From positions 2,790,001 to 2,854,000 of the forward strand of contig NW_025766991.1 of NCBI RefSeq assembly GCF_003918875.1: DNA of 64,000 bases, given 5' to 3'. Both the position numbers and the translations under genes were made by a program. Positions 53,251 through 64,000 of the stretch are shown here, one piece after another (position 1 is the first letter of the stretch; each line of letters begins with the position of its first letter). The notes beneath the pieces were generated by a model. That model was not told the DNA's origin, ran no database searches, and was given only the letters and a program-made list of their open reading frames with translations. The DNA comes from Haliotis rubra (Eukaryota).

Positions 53251-56200
53251 GTAATCCTGTGTTGGTGTGAGACATTGAGACTTATTCTAAATGCATGTAT
53301 GTGAATGATGATCTGAATTTTAATGAGAGACACATATTTCCAGATTATGTGAACTATATACGTGGAAATATGTTTGAAAAGACGACCAATGTTTATACTT
53401 TTTACGCAGACGATATTCTATGAATGATTATGACAATCGGTGCATATGTGAGATCAGTGTTGTAATTGAAAGGTTTTGTCGAGATTTACATTTTATCAGG
53501 CATTTCACATGAATAACACGCGAAATTGATATGGCGAGGTGCAATATTGTGCAATGTAGATCTATTTCCTGGTGGCTGCGTTTATGTACAAAGTGTTTTG
53601 CCATTCCTGTTATTTGTACCATGACATTGGATATTTATGTAAAATATAGACAATTATGTAATAGTAATTATGATGCATTCCAAATGCTGAATGATATTCA
53701 GAAGACAATTAACAGGTCATATGTTTTCAGGGCCGTTTTCGGACGTCACATGTTTTCAGACGGCAGTGTTTACTCTCGCTCTAACGTGTCTAGTTCAGTA
53801 GTTGCCTCCCACAGATATTGTAACTCTTATGATGGCTTTCGTATAAGATAAAGTTGGCTTTATTCAGATAATGACATGTTTTACTACTGTTCATGTGATA
53901 TTTGAGACAATGGACGTGCTTTTAAAAGTGTCCAAGAACCTATATAAGTTTCAATCTTTCATCCCTCACTGACATCATGCAGTCACACTTTTGACAACTG
54001 TAGTCTGTTTTGTACATTTGTTCTTATATTTTGGAAGAGATAATAACAGATCCATTCCATGATTTATGGGTGATAGCCAAGTGATTTGAGAAGGTGCTTA
54101 CCTCAGCAGCCTGAATTCTGATTATTTTTTTACCAGATTAGCGCTCTCACGCCACGGGTTCTACCTATGGCGACGAAGTTGCTTAGAAATGGAGAATATT
54201 AAATTTCCTATGCAATTGTGTACATTCAAGAGCAACTACCTAAACACTTCGAAAACCAAAAACCCTCCTAAGTTTTCTCCGAAATTTTGTTCGGTGTTAA
54301 AAACAATATATTTCTCCGCTTTTTTTCATGCTCAGGTAAAAGCACTATTATGGAGTAATAATTCATACAAAAATTAATTATTAGTTATTACCACTGCAAG
54401 CGGTATATTAGGATTCAGATATTAGGAAAATATAAATACAGAATATTAGTTCCATCATGATCAGTAATAGATTAGAGAAAGACACCAGTTTAAAGTAATA
54501 TAAACTCATCTCACAGACATACTATTCAAAAAGGTATCAGTTACGACTACATAGTTTAAAAGATAATTCTTGATAAATCCAAGCCTAAGGTAATAAGGAC
54601 TCATCTCTTAGACACACCCTTCAAGTAAGACAAAAGCTGTCTAGACGGTTTAATCAATCACTTTGATTTGTTTTGTAAGGTAAACATGTCATCACCATCA
54701 TAGAGTAGTAATTCATACAAAACTTCATTATTAATTATTACTCCATTATAGCACCATGCAACTATATTTCTATTTGGATATTTATTGAAACTCTGAGTGA
54801 ACAAAATACTGAAGGACATATAATTTTGGTTGACTTTATGGCATGTTTTATGTATTTGGCATTGTCGGAGAAAGACAAGATTTGAATGTTGATTAGGATG
54901 TATCTGACCCAAATTCCTATTCCAAGTACACTAGAATACTTTTATAACGAACACGGATATAATGAACTGATGGCTATAGCGAACTGTTTTAAAAGTCCCG
55001 AATAAACCTTATATTATCATATAAAAAGTGAATAGTGAACTACGCATATAACGAACTAATTTTAGTGGTCCCCTGGAGTTCGTTATAAAGGTATGAAAAT
55101 ATTCCTTATGTTTGGAATGATCAGAATTATGCTGCAACGAGTGACCAAAGGAGGACATAGCTTTCTTTGTTTCTTAGTATAATTTAGATTGAAATGCAGT
55201 TAACAATTTGATTTCCTGTCTTCACAATACAGTATTATTGTAAATTTAAATTGATTAAGTTATAAAACACAAGTGATTTCTTTAACGTTTGTGACAAATC
55301 CTCAAATGGCAGATCATTTCCCCTTAATCACTGTACATGCTTTGATGTGTGTTTTCATATGTTTTTCCTATCATTGTTTTCATAAGTGGCTTCCAATCAA
55401 TTCTATCATGCTTATCCTTTTCATTGTATAAACATTCTGTACATCCATTGCATAAACATACCACTTAATCTCTTTGAACTCTGCAAATCTCAATCAAAAC
55501 ACATCACTTTATCTCTGTACATCTCAATCAGTAATACTATCTCACTGGCTTCCTGTACATACTATATATTTTGGTCGTACCATATTCTGTCATTCACCTG
55601 ATAAAGGGGCAAGAAGTAGCCCAGAATCGTTGTGTTGTAAATATTAAGGAAGTTGTAAATCCATACCATACGTTGTTATGAAACAATATGACATCATTGC
55701 TCTGTCCAATCACATTTAATGGGGTTGGTGTTTTTTCTATCAAACTGCTGGACACACTCCTTAAGCCAATCCATTAACATGATAAATGCTCAAAATCTGA
55801 AAGATCAGTTTGTATTTCAGAAACAGCAATGGTGACAGAAAGTAAGACAGAAGTAGTTGCAAAGACTGAGAAGACTGAAAAAGAGTCTGAGCTGGACAAA
55901 TATTGGAAGGCAGTGAAGGAGAACCCTAATGACTTCACTGGTTGGACGTACCTGCTGCAGTTTGTTGAACAAGAGGTAAGGGATGTTCATGAAAACATTC
56001 AGTCAGCTCTGTGAATCGCCATAAGCAATTTCTATCAATGTTATTGTTCCAATTATATAGGTGATTTACCTAAATTTAAAATCAATATCTTTTTTCAAGA
56101 AATCCAGCTTAATGCAGTAGAGTATGTGGCACCCAAAAATGTACAGGTATGTATGAGGAAATGTTGACTTAGTGTCTGTGTCAGACTTCTCAACAGCCAA

Positions 56201-59200
56201 GTAGTGGGTATTTAAGTGCAGTCCAAAGCAGTGTGTGACATATGTTCATGACAACTGGTTAATGATCAGAATTATGAGGTTTCCTGCGCTTCTGGTAAGG
56301 GTGATAACTCATGCAGATACCAGCTGGAAGACCACAAGGAAGGAAGACAACACAAAACCATGGACTTTAACAATTTTATTCAAGCTGAATCTGAGGATTT
56401 ACAAACAAGTTTTTAAAAAAAGACAGACAAGGCTTTTATCTGTTGTGTATTACCTGTAGCTTGAGTGGGTTTAGCATGTTAATGTTCAAGCACATTGGAC
56501 TATAATGACTTGAACTTTGTCACACACTGCCTATGTAGAGACTCGGGCTTAGTCCTAAATAGATAAATCTGATATTTAAAGTATTAACATAATGATCTGT
56601 TTGTTTAAAAATTGATGTCACTTGAAGTTGTGAATACTGAACAATGTATCCAAATATTTGCATGTATAAAGTTTCTTGTTATTGAAGCCATTTTTATTTC
56701 ATTTCCTCAGAACAACTTAAAAGCAGCAGAGGAGGCTTATGATGCATTCTTCAGTCACTACCCATATTGCTATGGTTACTGGAAGAAATACAGCGATATG
56801 GAGAAGAAATTTACTGACATTGACCGAGCTTTAGCGGTATGTACTTCTACCATTGAATTCCGAGTCCTCTCTGAGCGGCAGATTTGGAGAGACCTCGAGA
56901 GTTGCATAAATGTATGATATATATGAACTTTGATTCTGTTGATTTCAGAAGACTGCTGTGTAACTCTTCAGAGTTTGTCTTATCAGATACTCCTCAACAG
57001 TACCATGTACGTTTGATATCTTTTAAGATAATACCTCTGGGAGATGTAACTGTCTCATTAACCTAGTCAGTCTCCATGTGACTAAATCTGTATTTGGTGG
57101 TTTTATGTTGGACCATGAGGTTTTAGATTTTCACATCACTCTGACCCATAGTGTTTTTTGTTTGTTTGTGTTTTTGGGTGGGGGTGGGGCAGTTTATCAG
57201 ATTTAACAGATGATATATCCTAGTAGGTACTTGTCTTTGCTCCACGGCTCCATGCTGTTGGACATCCGTCACAGGAAGTGAATGTAAAACTGCCTGGGTT
57301 GTAAATTCCCCATGGAGTTGAGTATGATAGTAGGGGAATTATTTGGATTTACTGGTCGAGGAAAATAAACATTATTTGAACAGATGCTTGTATTTGGATA
57401 AACTGTAATATGTAAATGTATAATTAAGATCCAAGACCAAGCAGCATCCCCCTGCTGCATTGTATTTTAATCTGTTAAAACAAAAAAGGAAAATATTTAA
57501 TGAGTGAGAAATGTACAGTGTTTCTACAGTGACAACATTTTGTCCAGTTTAGATTGACTGACGAACATTCAGTTTATTTTTTTTCGTGTACTTTTTTTCA
57601 CCGTGTTTATTGTTTCGAGGAAAGAGTCCTTGAGAAGAACCACCTAAGCACTATTAATGTATTATGTGCGCTCAATTCCAAAATTGAATATTCAAACCTA
57701 TTTAACTGTATAATCAAGTTTGTGAGGTGAGGTGAAATTGGGTTTTACGTCGTGCTTGAGAATATTTCGCTCATATGACGATGTGCATGCGTGTGTATGT
57801 GTATGTGCGGCTGCTTGTACTAGCCCAGACTGAAGCTGGTTTTATAGTGCTAGCCCACTGAGATACCATGCCGCAGTGAAGCATGAATACCCCACTCAGA
57901 CACATTATACTGACTCCGAGCCGACCAGTCCTTGTTGTACCCATTAATGCCGAGCGCCAGGCAGGGACCAACAAGTACCATATTTTAACGTCTTTTGGTA
58001 TGACGCGGTCGGGGATCGAACCCGCGACCTGCCGCTCTCCGGGCAGACGCTCTAACCACTACACCACAGAGGCGGTATCAAGTTTGTAGCACCAAGCAGT
58101 ATGTATAGCTGAAAGGGAACACTTAACACCTTGGTAGAAAATTATTAATAAAATCACTGCTTAGGATTCTTTGAAAGATGCATAGGGGGCGGTGGGGCAG
58201 CCTAGTGGTTAAAGCGTTGGCTCGTCACGCCGAAGACCCGGGTTCGAATCCCCACATGGGTACAATGTGTGAAGCCCATTTCTGGTGCCCCCCGCCGTGA
58301 TGTTGCTGGATATTGCTAAAAGCGACGTAAAACCAAACTCAGTCAGTCAGTGAAAGATGCATACAATCATTTTTCTCCTGACTTTCTGAAGTGAAAACTG
58401 GGCACATGTAGAATAGAATTCATGTAGATTCCTGACTATACTGATCTGAACACCACACATGTTCACATATTCTTCAAATTCATTTGCTTCTTAAAATATT
58501 AATTGCAGAAAACGTTGTGATGAAATCTAGCTTTCCTCTTGTACTGCTAGCATAGTGAATTTAAATGTGAACAGATAACCTGTTTGTGCTCAGGAATTTA
58601 TCAGACACTGGATTTATTTCTACACAAAACAGCTTCAGTTTATGCTGTAGGCACCCTTTGCAAGCAGTAGATTGCTCAACCTTTTGGATGGGGGACTTCA
58701 CGCGTAATAGGTGAAAAGAAATTTCCAACAGCAGATTAGGTTGTAGGGTAGAAGATTTGTTCATGGTTTTTTTATGCCGTGTTTTTCTTTGCAGAAAATT
58801 GCACCCAATGCATGGAGTGCTACCCCTGTACAAACACCGGGTTTGTGAAATTAAGCTAAATCTTAGCAGTCAAATTTCTCTTTTGAAATTTGTCACTCTG
58901 ACATGAATGATCTAAGGCCGGGGCCACAAAGGGAGACCACTCTGAGGGCCAGCCTTCCACACAGGCGTGCACTGGGAAATAGTCACGGTAATGAAATCAG
59001 TTGTAATTCATCGTGAATCGGATTCGCTCGGGTTCCGTGGTTTTGTGGATTTCCCTTGTAACCTCGTACCCAAGGTAAAGGTATAAGTGTCGTTTTGATT
59101 GTGTTAAGTATGTGTGTCTTGTTTTATCAGGTGTTTGAGCGTGGAGTAAAGGCTATCCCATTGAGTGTTGAACTATGGCTGCATTACCTCAACTTCTACA

Positions 59201-62200
59201 TCACTGAGTTTGGTTCCAATGAAGATGGGGAGGAGAAGATACGGAAGTAAGTTTCTTTGGCAACTGTTGTTACCATCAACCTTGTCTGAAGACAACATGA
59301 ACAATATAACTAATGTTGGCAAGGTACAGTCAAGAGTTATTTTAACATTTTTAAGGATCTTAATTTTATGGTAAGAAAGGCGGTTAAGTTGGTTCTCAGT
59401 GACTCGGTTAAAATTTAATGTTGTGACAAGTTCTCTTAAGGCGCCAGAGTCAAACCTTATTGAATTTTAGAGATAGGAAACGTAAAAAAAAGGACTTTAC
59501 TGAGGAGAGATTAGTGCAGAAATGAGCAATGCAGGGTTTTTTCAGTCCAAAGCGACTTATTTAGAACAGGCCATGGCTTTATGCAAATTAGTGTGCGATG
59601 ATATTGTGTTTCAAAGGACACTTTTTAAATGCCCATTTTGAAACTAGGCTTAGTATATTTTGCGTCAGCTATAGTTTATAAGAAAGCTAACTTTAATACT
59701 GAAACTATTAAGGATCTAGCTACCATGGAGCCTCACTATCACTATAAAAAAAACAGGTAGGAAGGGTCGTCTTAAAAGCAAAACCAGGATGAGTGTCACA
59801 GACGGTGGTGTGGGTCGTACTGGGGGATAGAGATATCAGCTAACATAAGATAATCCTCTTAGGGAAATTATACTGGGGGAAGTAAACGGCATGTCTTAAC
59901 AATTAACAAATAATATCCAGTTCTGTCGATATTGGGGTGGTCTTGCCACCTATATATTTTGAGACATTTAATACGATAGTTGATTTAAGCTTTTCTATGG
60001 GTATCATATTGTTAAACATTATAAAAGACGCGTAAGATGATAATCAATAGATCAGACATATTCAATACACATGAAAAAAGCATAAAATATCTTTGAGATG
60101 ACCCCTTATGCCTGTAGGTAGCATATGCATTTCATGCCAGGTGAGTCGACGGTCCGTCGTCATATCTGGCTGAGCCAACTCAGTGCCATCTATAGTCTGA
60201 TCTATTGTTTTCAGCAGCCGTTAGTATTTTTGCTAAGTTTTGCCCGATTTTACAAGTAAACATGCATTTCTAGATATCCTATTACACATCCCACTGAACG
60301 CCCAGTTAGGCCGATGTGGGTTATTTCAACATATGCTACTTGCAGTTGTGTAAATTTTAAGGATACAGAGTAACAGCCAAAAAACAGTTTTTTCCTATTT
60401 CAGACAGTACTTTAATAGTTTTGTACCTCTATTGTGAATACATGCTTCTTATTCGTGTTTCAGCTTAGTAATGTTTTTGTCAGAAGTATATTACGGTCTT
60501 TATTCAATGGCTGTTTGATTTGCCTAGACTTTATGAGAGGTCAATCACAGCAGCTGGCACTGACTTCCGCTCCGATAAACTCTGGGACTCCTATATATCC
60601 TGGGAAAATATGCGACACAACAAGAAGAAAGTGACACAGTTATACAAACGATTATTGTCAATTCCCACACAGCTATACAGCCATCACTATGACAAGTAAG
60701 TATGGGAGTTCAGAGTTGGTTTAAAAAAATCAGTGGAATTGTCTGTAAGAGCTAACAAACATTTCGATCAGATGGTCGAATGTGACCCTTGGCTTATTGA
60801 GTGTCATTGTACCTCCTTGGCATGGATCTTGGATCGTGATTTAACGATGAGTAGTCCACATTGATGAGAGTGCAGTATTCATCACTGTAGATCCTGCAGT
60901 GTCTGGTGAAAACATTCATCCCATTTGGGAATCCAGTTCCTGACATGACATGGCCAACCAATACCTAAACAATTAAAGGCACTATTCACATGTCCCTTTT
61001 GGCTTCAACTTTTGTTCAGTGATTGTTTTGGAAGGGTAACCTTGATGTGGGAGTTGTTACTGTTTGTCTGGTTTATACTTGAACTTGGAAGAGGCAATTA
61101 ATGGGATTGGGAGGTCAGATTCATTGTCCCCCACACAATGCAGAATGGGGACTATGTATTCAGCGGCGTCCGTCCGTACGCAGACACCAGTCGATTTGGG
61201 TGACCTTGACCTTATTTTCAAGGTCACCACGACACTTTGACCACCTTTCAAACTCTTGTTAACATGATATCTCATGCACTGTTGTATCCAATATCTTCAA
61301 ATTTGGTGACAGCCTACATTGGGGTATTACGCAGACACCAGTCGATTGGGGTGATTTGACCTTATTTTCAAGGTCACCACGACACTTTGAACACTTCACA
61401 AACTCTTGTTGACACGATATCTCATGCACTGTTTTGCCCAATGTCTTCAAATTTGGTGACAGCCTAAATTGGGGGATTATGCAGACACCAGTCTATTGGG
61501 GTGACCTTGACCTTATTTTCAAGGTCACCACGACACTTTGACCACTTTTCAAACTCTTGTTAACGTGATATCTCATGCACTGTTTCATCCAATATCTTCA
61601 AATTTGGTGACAGCCTACATTGGGGGATTATGCAGATACCATTCACTTCAGGCATCTTGTATGTAATCAAAAAATAAAAAGTAATAAATATAGATATTCC
61701 ATTCTTTAGCGGCGGGGGACATTGCCATATCAGTGGCAAACACTTGTTGACTTTGTGGGCACATTTCATCGTATCCCAGTTGTGTAGATAGTGCTCATTA
61801 TGTAAATCACTGGATTATCTCATCCAGACTTGATTATTTACAGACTACATCATATAGCTGCAATATTACTTAGTGTGACATTAAACATGTTAAACAACAA
61901 CAAAATCCTACGTGGTAACTTCCACAACTTCCATCAGTCCAATCATAGTATGTCAGAAACATTTCTGATATGATTTAGTATGTAAACTAGAAAAGTCCAT
62001 TAGATAACAGCAGATTCATTTCAATAAACAACCTGTTTCAGTTTCAAGAAGCATGTTATGGAAAACCACCCAAAGGATATCTTGAGTCTGGATGAGTTCT
62101 TGAAGTTGCGGCAAGAGGTTGTCAAGGCCGGCACTGTGAAGGTAGATGAGGAGGATGCTGGTGCTGAGGTCCCACCTGGGGAGGATGCACCCCCTGGTGT

Positions 62201-63621
62201 GGATGCACCACCAGGGGAAGAAGCTGTGGGAGGGATGGTGAGTTTGTTTCAACCAGCTTCTGTGTTTGATTTGAAGGATCATGATATCATTAATCTCGTA
62301 GAATAACATTCTACATTCAAGTGTGTATCAAATGTATTGTCCTGGTTACATACATACAGGTGTACAGCAGATGTGAATATTCACACGTGTATAATTGATA
62401 CAGATTTTCAATATTTAATTAACCTCACCATCTGCATATAATAAGTCGGTGAGATGTGTTATAGGTTTGAAAACACTTAGAAGTTACCATGGTGAAATGG
62501 TTGATGTTCATCCAGTCTTACAATTGACCAACTTTTGACAAATGTGTAAATATTGTCTTACTTGTAACAGTGATCAGTTTTGTGAAAAGCATGTAGAAGA
62601 CTTTTGGACCATTTTACACAAATGTGTTTTGTTTGACAAACTGGTATATGTGTGTATGTACTCCAGGCTGATGAAGATGAAGCCAAGAAACTGCGAGAGT
62701 GGATCTTGGAACACCAAGAGACAATCCACAGACTGAATGAGGATGAAGTCAGCAAGAGATGGACTTATGAGGAAGCTGTAAGTTTCTTTCAAGTAACCAA
62801 CTCCTCCAAAGTGAAGTGTCTCAGTATTTAGAGAACTGTTTGTTCAGATTATTTGTAAGAAAATCAGTATTGTGTTAAGTGAAACTTCTGATCCCACAAG
62901 TGAAAGTCTGAATCACAAACATAGTCTATCATGATACCTTCAACTTTATCCAGAAGTGGAAGAAGTTTGTCCTTATAAGTAAGTGGATTGATTGACAAAG
63001 AAATCACAGCACACCACTCTCTTACATTGAATCATAATGTCAGTTTGCTATTTCTCAAGACATTGCCACCATCCACTGATTCAGATTCGTCGCCCATATT
63101 TCCATGTGAAACCTCTGGAAAGAGCTCAGCTGAAGAACTGGCGGGAATACTTGGACTTTGAGATTGAAAATGGATCCCATGAGCGAGTGGTTGTGCTGTT
63201 TGAGAGGTGTATGATCGCATGCGCACTTTATGAAGACTTTTGGATGAAAGTGAGTAAAATATTCCTCTGCCTACCGAAATCTAAAGCTGAAGAAACAAAA
63301 TCAAAACTACATGAATGTTGAAAAATGGGTCTACAAACTCAGGATCTGTAAAATGACAGCTGCCATTTTGCAATTGAAATGTTTGACTAACCAATGAAGT
63401 GAACATACAATAGGTGTGAAACCAAGTCATTCAAGTAAGAATTTAAGATGTAATTTCAGAATACCCGTAACCTATATATCCGGTATATTTTCAGTATGCC
63501 AAATACCTAGAACAGCACAATGTAGATGGGGTAAGGAGCGTGTACCAGCGTGCCTGTACAATCCACCTGCTGAAGAAGCCGTACATTCACTTGTCTTGGG
63601 CTGCATTTGAGGAGAGACAAG
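53169..63621 (+). CDS. PRPF39: Pre-mRNA-processing factor 39 (HAT-repeat U1 snRNP factor), 3'-partial; exons 53169-53250, 55821-55975, 56711-56836, 59131-59246, 60528-60695, 62042-62237, 62667-62777, 63085-63249, 63495-63621
   Basis: Motifs [83 protein letters not shown]; all junctions in phase. Confidence 0.95.
55821..55975 (+). CDS. PRPF39: PRPF39 exon 2
   Basis: [26 protein letters not shown]. Confidence 0.92.
56711..56836 (+). CDS. PRPF39: PRPF39 exon 3
   Basis: [20 protein letters not shown]. Confidence 0.92.
57724..58076 (-). mobile_element. SINE family D
   Basis: TSD ATCAAGTTTGT at 57713-57723 and 58077-58087. Confidence 0.88.
58185..58350 (+). mobile_element. SINE family A, young copy
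   Basis: 13-bp TSD TGAAAGATGCATA at 58172-58184 and 58351-58363. Confidence 0.9.
59131..59246 (+). CDS. PRPF39: PRPF39 exon 4
   Basis: [22 protein letters not shown]. Confidence 0.92.
60528..60695 (+). CDS. PRPF39: PRPF39 exon 5
   Basis: [26 protein letters not shown]...[11 protein letters not shown]. Confidence 0.92.
61124..61748 (+). mobile_element. Helentron-associated interspersed element (HINE/DINE-like) with three ~150-bp internal tandem repeats
   Basis: Subterminal inverted repeats TGTCCCCC / GGGGGACA, (GTCC)n microsatellite, core repeats containing TGACCTTGA...TCAAGGTCA, 3' hairpin TTGCCA-N6-TGGCAA, T-rich ends. Confidence 0.8.
62042..62237 (+). CDS. PRPF39: PRPF39 exon 6
   Basis: [23 protein letters not shown]...PPGE. 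Confidence 0.9.
62667..62777 (+). CDS. PRPF39: PRPF39 exon 7
   Basis: [14 protein letters not shown]. Confidence 0.9.
63085..63249 (+). CDS. PRPF39: PRPF39 exon 8
   Basis: [12 protein letters not shown]...YEDFWMK. Confidence 0.93.
63495..63621 (+). CDS. PRPF39: PRPF39 exon 9
   Basis: YAKYLE...[27 protein letters not shown]. Confidence 0.92.
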
Positions 63622-63696
63622 GTAACTTGGTCATATAGTATATGATAATGTATCAAACTACATCTGTCACCGAAGATGGTCCAGCATGGTGTATTG

Positions 63697-64000
63697 TTGT
63701 CCCCCCCTTCGCGTTTAGCGCGAAGCTGGGGATATAGTATTAGGCTCTGTCCGTCCCTACGTACAAATTGGAATATCTTAAGAACCGTTGATTAGATTCT
63801 TTTCATATTTGGTACCTAGGTTCATCAGTCAGGTTTGGTGACCTTGACCTTCATTTCAAGGTCACAAGGGGACTTTAACTTTTTACCCCTGTCAGCTTGA
63901 TATCTCAAGAATCGTTCACTGGATTTTCTTCATATTTGACACCAAGCTTCGTCTAGGGAAGCGCAGGGCCCAGTCAATTTTGATGACCTTCACGTAATTT
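63697..64000 (+). mobile_element. Second HINE-like element, cut by the window end
   Basis: TGTCCCC...GGGGATA inverted repeat, GTCC microsatellite, TGACCTTGACC...TCAAGGTCA core. Confidence 0.7.

Noticed and set aside
53251-63494. Intronic C/D snoRNA in PRPF39 (the human gene hosts one)
   Set aside because: No convincing RUGAUGA...CUGA pair with terminal stem found by eye; needs an Infernal or snoscan run

Overview
Eukaryotic, intron-rich, repeat-dense animal DNA. The SINE and Helentron-type repeats look molluscan, possibly abalone; this is inference. Four spliced genes can be built by hand with GT-AG junctions and consistent exon phases. (1) A minus-strand 4-coumarate-CoA ligase / firefly-luciferase-like acyl-CoA synthetase (8 exons, 11292 to 872, 3' end outside the window) with a mitochondrial-type N-terminal extension. 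(2) CCDC85C-like on the plus strand (37619-43208), whose last exon has an apparent 1-nt frameshift ahead of a long His/Ser/Pro tail. (3) TMEM179 on the minus strand (52915-49313, 230 aa). (4) PRPF39 on the plus strand (from 53169, runs off the window), head-to-head with TMEM179. The rest is a nested mobile-element landscape: two tRNA-headed SINE families and one non-tRNA retroposon family sharing a LINE-type tail, a fourth SINE, a decayed Tc1, several MITE families, Helentron-associated elements and three minisatellites. Highlights: a 2.8-kb 42-bp satellite that is a tandemly amplified SINE head still attached to its body; a retroposon family with a fixed 5' end that can fold into a stem-enclosed pseudoknot; and 30-32-bp palindromic mini-transposons with 7-bp target-site duplications (TSDs).
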